64,000 nt of DNA, taken from the NCBI GenBank assembly GCA_051294905.1, contig CM119372.1:28894001-28958000 (forward strand), read 5' to 3'. Under the pieces are notes generated by a model. The model was not told the DNA's origin. It searched no databases and worked only from the letters and a program-made list of their open reading frames with translations. Shown one piece after another: positions 49,622-61,720 of the stretch. Origin of the DNA: Botryllus schlosseri. Its lineage: Eukaryota. A program made the position numbers and the translations under genes. How positions within the stretch are numbered: the first letter of the stretch is position 1; every line of letters starts with the position of its first letter.

Positions 49622-52600
49622 GCTTTGAGGAGAATAGCAAGTCAGAGCTTATTTCGAGATCTTAGCTACTTTGAAAATGAGGATCCTAGGATTTGCATAA
49701 CTTTCATCTATATCGTACGATGCGTTTACGCGGTCCGGAATGACTTATGGCGATGAAAAATAGCAAAAATGCTCTATTAAGCATTGAGCACGGTTCAAGA
49801 ACTATGATATTCCTGTACTTGCACAAGTTACAAACGCGCTATCGTAAATTAGTATATATTACTAAAATACGAACTCGGACGAAATCATGAATGCGTAGGA
49901 CTTACTTTAAACATATATTGTGTACAAACAACTTTTTACAAGAACTATAAAATTCACCGGCATCGCGACATCTTTCAAAAACAAAACCATGATCAATGGC
50001 TATTTTTCATTGACATAAGTCATTCTGGAACGCGAAAACGCATTGTAAAATATAGATGAAACTCAAGCAAATCCTAGGATCCTCATTTTCAAAGTAGCTT
50101 AGATCTCGAAATAAGCTTTGAATTCAGGGGGCGCGATTTCGATTACTCGAAACTTGTTGCTTGTACGATTTATCGCGGGTGCGTTAAGGGTTAGGAACGT
50201 TTTTTTAATGTAGTTACACATTCTAGTTGTTTTGATGTAAGGAAAAAACTCATTCGATAACTCGATACAACTAGTTAACACGCGTTGATGGAACTTTCCT
50301 CATTTGTATGCATAGCCTAGGCGTAATTGTTTTTCGTTTCTATCTACTTTAAAAAGACTCGGTGTAGAAGTTTCGAAACTTGCATGAATTACAAGCTACA
50401 TAATACAACTAGTTAACACGCGTTGATGTAACTTCCCTCATATGTATGCATAGCCTACGCGAAATTGGTTACCGAATTTTTCGATTACTTTATATTCCGA
50501 GTTTTATTTAAAACTGAAACCGTTAAGTATTACTAAAAGTGGTATAAAATGTGAATAAGTGTACAAGTAGAATTATTATTATGTCATAAATAAGTAGTTT
50601 ACAAGTTCATACGATTTTTCTTGTTGCGTTCCGAGATAAAATGTAATTTTTCGCTCTTTTTTATTTTTTATTAAAATTATTATTCATTTTACAAAAACGT
50701 CGACTTTTGAAAATGGAAAATGCGTGAGCTCGACTAACTTTTTACGTAGTTCGAAATCGCTACTTCTATGCATTAATTCAAAGTATTTGTCAGTCATCGT
50801 AACACCGCTCATATTGCGCGCTATCTATTTATTTCACAGATAACGAATTACTCCTGCTTTTATCAGAGGATACTTTTCTAGGATTTGCCTACTAACAGTA
50901 CTTAGTTTAGATTAATAAAAGTATAGTGATTGAAAATAGATCACTGGATTATAGTTTACAGAAAACTCCACAATTCTATGTGACGTCCTTGCATACCAAC
51001 AACCTTCGAACTATTCGCCGCCTCATAAACACTTGAGTAGGCCTACATCTGATGCGTGAGGGGAAAACATAGTTAAATTTTCATATGCATTTAGTTTCCA
51101 ACTCTGAAAGCAAGCTTAGTCTATGATCATTCGCGTACCATTAGTATTCATTTTACAAAAACGTCGTGTAAAGGTAAAATACTTGTTCATTTCGGAGTAC
51201 TCAAGTATCAGTTTTGTCAGCTTATTATATGCTCAGTATATTATACGTCACAAATTGTGGAGCATTTATGTGGGTGCTCCAGGGTGCTCTTCATTGAGTG
51301 TTCGTGGTGGGTGATAAGTTTAATTTGCAAAATTAGCGTGTTCAAATCAGGCCTGTCGCCAACATAGTGATGTCGCATTAGCCCTAAATACACATAATAG
51401 AATATAAAGGAAAAGTATCATCTAACGTATAATGAATGTTATCTATTTCTCGGAAGCAAGTTATTATCAAAACATAGTGGTCAAAATTATCGCAGAGCAA
51501 TACCGATTTGCGTAAATTCCGTTATGCGTCTGACTACGTTACTAGGGATTATGTAGTTAGTTAAGGAATTAGGAGTCCTATATTCCCAATCGGTATGGAA
51601 CAACATCAAAATCATCACAAAGCAATATCGACTTTTGCGTGAATTCTGCTATGCGTTTTACTACGGTAGTATGCGCAGCTGCTTACAGGTGTCCAGACGT
51701 GGACTTTCTACTATATTCGCTCCTAACATTAAAGCAGCACCCGACGCAGCTTACATTATTACGTTATAAGTCGTCGGTGGCGTTTCACTGTCGGTTTATT
51801 CACCCTTATTCTAGTGACATGAAAAGGACTGAACCGTATGAAATGTGGTCACTACAAGAATCGAGCGAAAGCGCTGTTTCAATCCGTCTTGCATCGGTCA
51901 CGATTAGTTTTACTTTTCAACTAACTTGGTGTCTGTCGTTATATTCATTAGACTCGCTTTCATGCGGCTAATTTGGCACTATCATTATAACGTCGGGGAT
52001 CGCGTACCTGCGGCGAAGGTGTTCGTTCTTTATATTTTGTGAAGTAGAGAGTAGTTTAAGGTTATGTTTGTCTAACCTTGACGAGTGCTATTGTCACACT
52101 CGATCACCATATTTAAATCATGGACATCTCAATGATGTTGACTAAATTTACGGCTTCAGAACGTGCTAATTAGACCTAATCGTTATAACGCTGGGGTTCG
52201 CGTACAGGCATCGAAAGTGTTTGTATAAATAAAGCCCTGCGAATCGCACGCCTGCGGCTATAGTTCGTTCGATTATTTTCACCTTGGGATTCGCGTATAT
52301 GCTACTAAGCTGTTACGACTTTAGAAAATTCTACAAGACTATTCGGAACGCGCACATGCGAGTGATTTGTTTCCGTACCTCCGAACTGGAGAATCGCTTG
52401 CCTGCGTCTAATGAAAATAATTCGTAAAATGTGGGGCTGCAGAGAGCGTAACTTGTATACGTAAAATCAAGTTTAAAAATATGGAAGGATGAGTTATCTC
52501 TGACCAATAGAGTAATATAACCGCCTATAGTTTAGTGGGGTATTGCTATAATGTATATCCAAACAATCGTTGCAGACTCTGAATGTTACCTGGGTCCTTA

Positions 52601-53157
52601 TCGCAAAAAATCATGCATCAGAAGCGTAGGGATTCATATTATCAAGTCGCAGCGCTCAAAATCGGATTTTATATTAAGTAATTAGTGATGATATGTAGAA
52701 TTTTGATATTAATAATATTATCCGGAGAATATAGCCTTGCATAGACATCATAGTTTTCGCATTTATGTATAATCTGAATAGGAATTTAAATACATAGTCC
52801 TAAATACACATAATAGAAAATCTGTCGATTCTAGCTAAGGTAAGATTTGACGCAAAAAAGTCAAAAAACAGCTCAGTACGCATAATCATGATGATGTAGC
52901 AATGGGCGTTGATGTAGCAATGGGCGTTATATGGATGGATGATGTAACAATGGGCGTGGCTGATGACGTAGCAGATGATGTGGCAATGGGTGTGGCTGAT
53001 GATGTGGCAATGGGTGTGCTATAGGTGCGGCAATGGGTGGATGATGTGGCAGGGGGCGTCCCATAGGTGCGGCAATGGGCGGATGATGTGGCAATGTAGG
53101 CGTGGCAATTAAGGCGACAGGCGGATGATGTGGCAATGGCCGCGGCTGATGACGTAG

Positions 53158-54487
53158 TGTAACGGGGCGCCATCTATGGCTAGTGATGACGTCATGCATA
53201 TTGACGAAGCGTGTTGTTATTGATGCGTTCACTCTCTTGGATGTACGCCGTGCGAGGTGCACGTGCTGTATTTACTGGTCCTGTTTCCATGCGCCTGTGC
53301 TGCGATCTGATAGCTTGAAGAATAAAGAACTTACAACAACACTGTTACAAATGGCGAGCACTCCAGTCTTCAAGCCTTTCAAGAGTCAGTGAGCACCTGA
53401 GCGGTAACAAAGTGTCATGGATTTGTTGCGTAAGGATCATGAATATATTCGTACAGAGATCAAGCGGGCTCATCGCCGGATTGACGACATGGTTGAGGCC
53501 CAGAAGAGTATTCTCGATCAAGTATTGAGTATTGTGCAAAGTTTTGGAGCCACGCCTGCGCATCCATTGCGGGTTGTTAAACCCTATAATGAGGTTGAAT
53601 CGTCGCGAATTGTTCCGAGAAAGCATGAAAATGTTGGTGCACTTGTTTTGCCTGGTCTGGCTGATCCTGTTTTGTCCGAGGTGTCTGCTAAGTTGGATGG
53701 TTCCTTAGCACATCTTGAAGATTGTGGATCTGTGATGGTGTCTGCTAAGTTGGATGATTCCTTAGCGCATCATGATGACTGTAGGCATGTGATGGAGCCT
53801 GATGTGTCAGCTAAGAGGGATGATTCCTTAGCGCAACTTGAGAATTGCGGGTCTGTTGTGACATGTCATAACATTGAAGTTGACCCGAGCTTGGACTTGA
53901 AAGAGTTGACCGTTTTCGAGAAAATCTGGAATAAGTATAATGCTCCGTATGTTCTGTTGCCGACGGAAGACAAAACGTACTGCGTCCGTACTGATGTCAG
54001 CAAGTTGAATTCCATTACTGTACAAGACGTTATCAAATGGTGCGGTGAAGAAATTGAGGACCTTGCTTCGCATAACTGGGTGGATGGATCGACAGACCTG
54101 ATGATGATCGACAAGATTGTTTGGAATTTCATGTTTTTATATATTGTTTTGTCTCGATATCAGCTATTTGTTTGGCCTAGTCTTCACGATGTTGTATGTG
54201 TCTTTTTGCCTTTGATTCGGTTTACCATTTGATGTGTTATTGGTTTAGAGATAAATGTTCCTCATGTTACCTCTAAAAAATTGGAGGGGGGTATATGTAA
54301 CGGGGCGCCATCTATGGCTAGTGATGACGTCATGCATATTGACGAAGCGTGTTGTTATTGATGCGCTCACTCTCTTGGATGTACGCCGTGCGAGGTGCAC
54401 GTGCTGTATTTACTGGTCCTGTTTCCATGCGCCTGTGCTGCGATCTGATAGCTTGAAGAATAAAGAACTTACAACAACACTGTTACA
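53158..54487 (+). mobile_element. Small non-autonomous LTR retroelement (TRIM-like, 1330 bp), right arm only
   Basis: 192-bp LTRs TGTAAC...GTTACA (53158-53349, 54296-54487) with one visible mismatch; 4-bp TSD GTAG. PBS-like TGGCGAGC follows the 5' LTR and PPT GGAGGGGGG precedes the 3' LTR. Empty site in the left arm at ~35064. Confidence 0.93.
53417..54232 (+). CDS. 271-aa orphan ORF filling the LTR element interior
   Basis: Uninterrupted ORF spanning most of the interior. N-terminal coiled-coil-like segment, three VSAK(L/R)D(G/D)SLA repeats and a hydrophobic C-terminus. No RT, IN or zinc-knuckle motifs. Confidence 0.55.
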   Translation: MDLLRKDHEYIRTEIKRAHRRIDDMVEAQKSILDQVLSIVQSFGATPAHPLRVVKPYNEVESSRIVPRKHENVGALVLPGLADPVLSEVSAKLDGSLAHLEDCGSVMVSAKLDDSLAHHDDCRHVMEPDVSAKRDDSLAQLENCGSVVTCHNIEVDPSLDLKELTVFEKIWNKYNAPYVLLPTEDKTYCVRTDVSKLNSITVQDVIKWCGEEIEDLASHNWVDGSTDLMMIDKIVWNFMFLYIVLSRYQLFVWPSLHDVVCVFLPLIRFTI

Positions 54488-56214
54488 GTAGCAGATGATG
54501 TGGCAATGGGTGGATGATGTGGCAAGGGGTGTCCCATAGGTGCGGCAATGGGCGGATGATGTGGCAATGTAGGCGTGGCAATTAAGGCGACGTGGCCTTC
54601 TGGGATTGGCCGGCGTATAAATTGCTTTCCCTTACTACTCCGCGAGCTCAAAAGTTTGCCCAGCCCTGACTTATTGTGACTCCGAACGCCGTGACTTGAT
54701 ACAACAACGGGCGAAACAAACCATGAAACTGTTATGGGGAATAGTAATATATCAAAAGGTCGTAACTTCCGTTGTGTATTTAGATATATAAGCAGGTCGG
54801 TATGGCAACCATTGGAATTATGTTGCCCTCTTGATGTATAGTTAGTTACATCATCTGTCATCTTGGGTCTCTTTATCCATGATATTATCGCCAATTGAAG
54901 TCGCCGAGTAAACTAGTGGTACGCCCCACAGCTATAACACCAACGGATTATTCGGTGATGGACATTTCTATTGCTATGGCACATTGAACATTATATTCAA
55001 GTTGTTATTGATCTGTTTCAATATATTCGAAGGTAAATCTAACGCTGATTTAATTTGACTTTGGTAATTACATGATAAATAGCCTAATTATCAGGGGTAT
55101 ATGGCTGAAACCCAGATTAGGCTGCTCTGATATCAGATCAATCTCGGTAAATTCTAAAATATTCCACCTATAATTGTGGCACGTCAAATGTCCGATAGCT
55201 GCAAAATTATAACGCGACAGCTTTCACGATGTCATAATGCATTTGTACTATCGCATGCTGATTATAACTAATTATTTTGACCAACTATGCCAAGTACAAC
55301 AACTATTTTATTCAAATATTTAAAAATATGATTTATTTCGTGCCAGGCGTGAATTCACAATAGTAGCCTAAATCACATTTTCACGATGTGTGAGGAATAT
55401 CAGTCTGCAAGGTCCCGTCAAATAAGGCCTACTTGGAAATACATTGAATACCCATATTGTTGGTGGTGCGGCCCGCGGCGCCATCAAAAAGTAAGGAAGT
55501 GTCCTGCGAGCACATTTGAGTTTGAGACCCTGCTCTGCAGCAATGAATCTAACTTCATGCCCAATTGCAGAAGATTGGTATAGCCTACTCCTCGTATCAT
55601 TTAACGCTGCCTGAGACAGTTGGGATGCGGTGTGCAGCGGGCGGTTGTGCTACGTACTAATCGACGCAGCTATTTCGGAGCCAACCCTCTCCTCGCCGGG
55701 ACACATGACGCTGGGGTGGCGAAAATGTTACTGGGCAAAGTGCGCTGATACAAAGACCGGCGGCAATAAAATCTAAGCACAAAATGACCGTCATGGATTG
55801 GACAGAACCTTCTATATCAGTGCTTCCCAACCGGTGGGTCGGGAAGCTATATTTCAGACGGGTCGCGAATAAATTCTAAATGCTACAGTTTTCTATAAAA
55901 TTTGCCAAAAATGGCAAACACCTTCTTTTCTCACGATTAGACGGGCAAATATCCCATCTCCTCTAAATTAAATTGTTTTTCTCCGTGCCGTAAGTCACGT
56001 TATCGCGCTCACAATCAAACAGATGACAAAGATTTTCGTGAGAGTCATATTCATTGGAGTGTAATTGAAATTGGATAGTGTATTTTATGTATGCCTTAAA
56101 ATTGGAAACCAATCATTCTTTCCTCCATGAACTTTGCGAAATTTGATTGGAAAATACAATCCAGCCCGATAAGAATCAGCTAACCATTGCCTCGACGCAA
56201 GCTATACGCGGGGC

Positions 56215-58978
56215 TAGGGATGGCGTGAACGTGACGTTCACATTCTCGTTCTGTGTGTGAACTTCGGAAATTTAGGGTTCATGTTCACGAACGAACCTTG
56301 GTACGTTCTACACTGTGCTGTGAAGATTTTTCAGATCATTTCAACATATTTCGTTGAAATTTTTTGCATTTCAACTTCGAACCACTCTATGCATGGCGCT
56401 AGCAGCATAAAAAATAAAATCAATACTAAACGAGCATACACCTTGTCAAACTTAAAACTTTCAGTTGCTTTGTTAAAAAAATTTCTCGAAATATTCAGCT
56501 TTCCGTTTGTGAATATTTAGTGACTCTCTGCCGTGAGCTTGACCCGAAATGACACAACATCAAGAACGAAATACGTTACATGTCGGTAGCAGTGTTGGGA
56601 TCAAGTTACTACCTTCGAGTCACGAGTCATCTCGAGTCATTGCACATTTTGACTCTGGTCAAGTCAAGTCAAGTCAATCATATTTCGAAGGTGACTGGTG
56701 CCAAGTCAAGTCACTCGTTTTTTGGAGGTGACTCGAATCAAGTCACATCAAGTCAAGCCAAGACACGAGTCAAAGTCACAATTCAGGTCAAATGGAATTT
56801 TCGAAGTATGAGTTTATGATTCAAAGTCAATACATTTTGCTCGCTGCACGAAAGACAGATTAATTGGCCATTTATCTTGAATCTAATAACGAATAAAGTT
56901 AACTACGTGCCAAAAGGCGCTGTATCGCACACGCGCACGTAGAATTGCTAATAAAATACGTGAGTAACTGTATAGCTACATGCTACAGTCTATTATTATC
57001 CTCCAAAATTGAGGATCGAATACGATAGGTTGAAACAATTAAATTGTTTTGGTACAATACACTACTCACCCATCTACACATCCGTGAGAATAGAAACGCA
57101 GAAACTATATTCGTTCGATTTAAATTTTACAAGAGGGTTGGCAAAGGTGAGCGCTGCGCAAAGTAAGCACTGAGTCTTCTAAGAAACATAGATACGTTGC
57201 TATTAGATTATTCTACTACAACTACGATAACGTAAGCTGCGATCATTTCGTCTGCGGTCAATTTATTTGTGATGTTATAATGGAATATTAGTGAAACATA
57301 CAATCGGTGAATGACTGGTTGCTCTCACAACTGACACTGCGCGACATTTGGATCCATTCGCGGGCCGCACTATGTAAAATTGGGATACTAAGCCAGAAAT
57401 CAATATTGTTATTGATTAATAGTGACCGACGACATGGAAATTGATATATGAATTTGTATATTTAAAGCAAATCAAACTTTGATTTGATGATAACGTACAC
57501 GCGTCAGAAACATTGACGAGAATTTACAAGCTGGTCGTCCTCATAGTCAAAATTAGGGAGGAAAGTCGGTTTTCTCGATTCTTAGATCTGGATGTAAATT
57601 CAGATATGTATATGAGGTGTATGATCAGCGATCTGTTCATAGATTTGCTGATTGTTATTTTGGTTTAACTCCAAGACACACAATGCAAACAACGTTGCTT
57701 TTAAATACGCTTCTACAGTATATAAATAATGTAAATATAATTGGTTGGTTTATTAGCAATGTTATCAGTTTAATACACCACAAAAATGCGATACAATGAA
57801 AAGATAGGAAGGTGTCGAAGCGACTTGGAGTAGTCGTTGGAATCAGACACCCACTTTGGCATTGGCGATATGAAGAGGAGGCATGCACACTGAATGAAAA
57901 GTAAATAAGATAGTATAGAAAAAAGCAAGCAACAAAAATGGAGTGGCTTGTCATGGAAGGCGAGATCGATAGGTCAGGTCGTGGTCTGGTAATCAGGAGG
58001 ATGGACTAGTTTTTATTTAGTAGTAATTGATTGTATGAAGACTTGAATGTGGACATGCTCGTCGACTGTCTGATGGCCGGCGGGATACTGTTCCACACGC
58101 CAGTTCCCGCATATTTGATAGAGCGATGATCTTTTCGGTCGATCATATAATATTTGGAGGACTTGGACGCGCGGGTGTTGTACTTGTACTTCTATCTATA
58201 CAAACAACGAATCTATCTAACACAATAGCGAATCGGTTTTTCCAATTACAGCACTAAAAGTAAACTAATGCCAATCTAAAACCATATTCGGGTTCCAAGT
58301 GATGTCATATACGTTTCACGTTCAGTGGTGTTTAACAATTGAAACTTTTCAAAATGCATTGGCCTCAAGGTCGGGCTATGGCGCCATCAATGAAATAAAA
58401 TAAATAGCATGGTAAGAACATAACTTACCATTATCATGTTGAAATACGCGAAGAAAAAGTTTAATCAAATACCCACAGCAATATGATTTTAATATCAATT
58501 TTATCAATATGTTTTCGTTTCTTGAGGCTTCCGCGGGCCGCACATAACGGTGTTGCGGTCCGCATGTGGCTCGCGGGCCGTATTTTGCCCACCTTATGCG
58601 CTATAGGAACGCGATTTTACACTCTGCTCAATATCACTGTAGCAATAGTCAGACGCCGAATTGATTGTCCAGCCTGGCCTCGACCGTTAAGGCATCGGCT
58701 TCTATTTCCTTGCAAGTCCGCGTCGAAATTGTTGGCAAAGCGACGGAATATATTGATTTTATGGGAGTATTATAGCATTTGATTGCTTCAGGTGATACAT
58801 TTGGTGACGTTTCAAAAGTAAGCTTGTACTTCAGTATTGTGGCATAATGTGATGTACATTAATATATCACTTAACTGAAATGTAGGATTGGGATGAGCAA
58901 TATGATGTCACGTGACGCCATAGGTTCACTTTCACGCGAACCTGAACCTTTCATGGGTTCGCGCTAGCGCCATCCCTA
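56215..58978. mobile_element. TAGGGATGGCG-type hAT element with nested fragments; right-half relative at ~24150-24655
   Basis: TIRs TAGGGATGGCG / CGCCATCCCTA; TSD CGCGGGGC/CTCGGGAC. Confidence 0.75.
57650..58191 (-). mobile_element. 5'-truncated LINE (CR1/L2/Crack-like) ORF2 C-terminus and 3' UTR
   Basis: Minus strand reads KYNTRASKSSKYYMIDRKDHRSIKYAGTGVWNSIPPAIRQSTSMSTFKSSYNQLLLN*, matching the YNTR...G..WN.LP..I....S...FK tail. 3' boundary approximate. Confidence 0.72.
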
Positions 58979-60242
58979 CTCGGGACCCCTTTGTGTTCGG
59001 CGTAAAAGACGACACTGTTTGATTACGAGCTTTGTCGTCAGCAATCAGTTGTTACATGAATTCTTGTCCGCTTGATACACTCGTATTCTTCAATTGTCGC
59101 GCAATTTCACTTGTGGGTAACTAATTTAAATCATCGTTACTCACACGAATCGTGTCATTGTGCGTCGATATATTATCTCATTCGTTCCGTCTTATCTCTT
59201 AGTGGGTCGGAGAATGCAACGTTGGATTGGCAGTGAAAGTACTGGAATTGCCAAAAAGTACGATTATTTTCCGATTTAATACAGTTATAAACGGCTATAA
59301 CAGTGGCTTAGAGTATGTAAAGAGATTTAAATGTAAAGTAGGAATTTTTTAATGTGTTTCATTATTATTGAATCACTGGATTTTCTGGAGGCCCGAGACC
59401 TTTTTGAGTCAGAAGTTATGAATCAGTGCAACGACAGATATTTGAACTGTGCTCTTTTTGTAACCATTATATTATCCGTGCGTGTTATCTGCGTATATAA
59501 ACGGTTTCACATTGGCGTTTTTGCCTCCATGAAGAAATGTTTATGATAGAGTTACCATATTTTAGGATACGGAAAGGAGGACGATTTTTACAAATTACAA
59601 ACGTTATATTACCGGACTACAATTTTTATGGTAAATCATGTTGTGGGGACTAAATAAAGGTCATTTTCCCATTCCTATCCTTGATAGACCCGCCCGAACA
59701 TCAGCATTGCAGATTTCGCGTCATATAATGGCGTTCATTTAGTTGTTCCTGTCAATTATCCTGACTGTCAGAGCTATGGAGGAGGACGGATTCTCAAAAG
59801 GAGGACATAGCCTATAGCAGGGGTCACCAACCTTTTTGCAACCAAGAGCTATTTCTTGGTTACTGATAGAAGCGACGGGCTACCATTTAATCCCGCCATC
59901 TACCCATGCCAGACTGAATTTCCGCTGTAATATTCATAGCACTGGGCAGGAATCACATTGCGGTAAGATTTCTAAAAGAGTCTTTTGAATCAAAACATCT
60001 CATTCCAACTAGCTAGCCACTAAGATTTCTAAGGAATCATGATACACTTCGCACCATGTTAGTATAAATTATGCAACAACAGTCAAATCAAATTTTAAAA
60101 TAAATCTTGTCACACTTTAGACGGGACATCATGTTATCTGTTTCGATATCAGTCAGTGGGAAGCCTGGCATTGCATGCTATCAACTAGTGCGCTGTACTC
60201 TGGTATGTCACCGGGGCTGTGGAGTCGGTAAATTTTACCACC

Positions 60243-60375
60243 GACTCCAACTCCGACTCCGACTCAAGACATTTTCAATAAACTGACTCCGACTCCTGAG
60301 TCTTCAAACGTACCGACTCCGGCGCCCGCTCCGATTCTGACTATTTTCCTCACAGAACTCCGAATCCGGCTCCAA
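60243..60375 (+). repeat. (GACTCC)n subterminal repeats of a truncated hAT-like element starting at ~60211
   Basis: CGGGGCTGTGGAGTCGG followed by ACTCCGACTCCGACTC repeats. Confidence 0.6.
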
Positions 60376-60756
60376 TAGTATTACAAATTTACTTAGAAAA
60401 TTATATGCCACAGTGACGGCGAAATGACTTTCACATAACCATTCAACATATGCAAACATATTATTCACGATGACATGCAAAATTATTTCATCGTGGTACA
60501 CATCTCGAAATATTCACTGTGAAATTAACATGGAAGTATTTATTTCAAAATATCTTTCTTTTTATTCATATGTTGCAAGTGTCTATAACATGGACAACCC
60601 ACGGATACTCTAATATGTATGAATCATTCAAACATGATATATATCCCATCCCGGAAATTTAGAATGTGGATATAAACAATAGCAGTGTAGCTTTTGTGTA
60701 TGACTCAGCAACTATAATACCGAGATCTACAAATTTTATCACTAAACACTATGAGC

Positions 60757-61720
60757 TAGGGGAGATGTGGTACCGATGGATCAAAAATTGGAAAATGATC
60801 GCTGGCCCCGAAATGTTCAGCCGAAAACAGCAGATCTTTTGCTGGCTCAGCACTTTGATACAATCTCTACCTATCGCTCACAAATACATGAATATCCGTC
60901 TTTTCAAAAAATATTTATGGACGTTCAAAATTTGTTGCTCGAACGTGTCATTGGTCCCCACCCGGTGGGTCCAATGGCACACGACCCCGGGACCTATGAC
61001 ACAGACACCCTAAAAATTCAAATGTGACTAATTTTCTTGCTCAGTATTATAATCTAAGCTACAGCAAGCCAAAGCAGAATGTTTGGTCGCAACTGTCCAA
61101 AAATAGAATAAATATTAACTCAAATATTGTCATAAAATCACGTTTCGATTTAGGCTCGGACTTATAAATTTGAGGGTACATACATATTGCCCGAAAATCG
61201 ACAGTGTGACTTCCAAATACCTCGTTATGGCGATAAAACATCATATGCAATTATTACATAAAGATTTTCTGTACGTAGGCATGTTTCATTTGTTTCATAA
61301 TTAGTATGCTTGATTATTTTGCTTGATTTGGCTATTGTATCATCGGTCCCCACCCTACGAATTTTATACATGAATCGAAAAAAGTCTACTCAAGGAAAGT
61401 ACCGAAAAAAAATAATAGGTGCCATTATATAGCCTGATACGAGCCCTACACTTCACAATAAAATGATTGCTGGTTTGTTCGTGTTGAAGGTTACAAATAA
61501 AAATGTCTATGTCGATCTAAATTTAGTTTACACCCCCCAAAACAAAAATCATCTGTGAGAGACCCCATAGCTCGCGCACGTCGAATTTTTTTGTATGTGA
61601 GGAAAGATTTTGCCAGCATGCAATTGTAGACAAGTTCAGGGAGTGTAATCATGGAATTATCATAGAGAATTTTTAAAGTATTTTCGGTCCCAGTGATCCA
61701 TCGGTACCACATCTCCCCTA
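60757..61720. mobile_element. Non-autonomous TIR element (possibly Tc1/mariner-pogo type if the terminal TA is the TSD)
   Basis: Perfect 27-bp inverted repeat TAGGGGAGATGTGGTACCGATGGATCA. Confidence 0.8.

Larger units (their letters stand above)
34916..54639. mobile_element. Non-autonomous Polinton/Maverick-like palindromic element (19.7 kb with insertions; ~12.6 kb core)
   Basis: Termini AGTAGTAAGGGAAAG / CTTTCCCTTACTACT; perfect 6-bp TSD CCGCGA (34910-34915, 54640-54645). Inverted arms 34916-45237 and 48738-54639 are each ~4.57 kb once nested insertions are removed. Confidence 0.85.
33772..54668. mobile_element. hAT MITE split by the Polinton-like element
   Basis: CAGGAGTGGGCAAAC ... GTTTGCCCAGCCCTG. 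Removing 34916-54645 restores the typical end gcggcccgcgagctcaaaagtttgccc. Inverted relative at ~57343-58593. Confidence 0.8.
33664..55532. mobile_element. Outermost old hAT element of the nest
   Basis: CAGGGGTCTCAAAC ... GTTTGAGACCCTG; degenerate TSD CTTTATAG/CTCTGCAG. Confidence 0.55.

Noticed and set aside
34916..54639. Inverted duplication as an assembly artefact
   Set aside because: The arms differ by SNPs and by three independent insertions with TSDs, and the whole is bounded by a 6-bp TSD inside a restorable host element.
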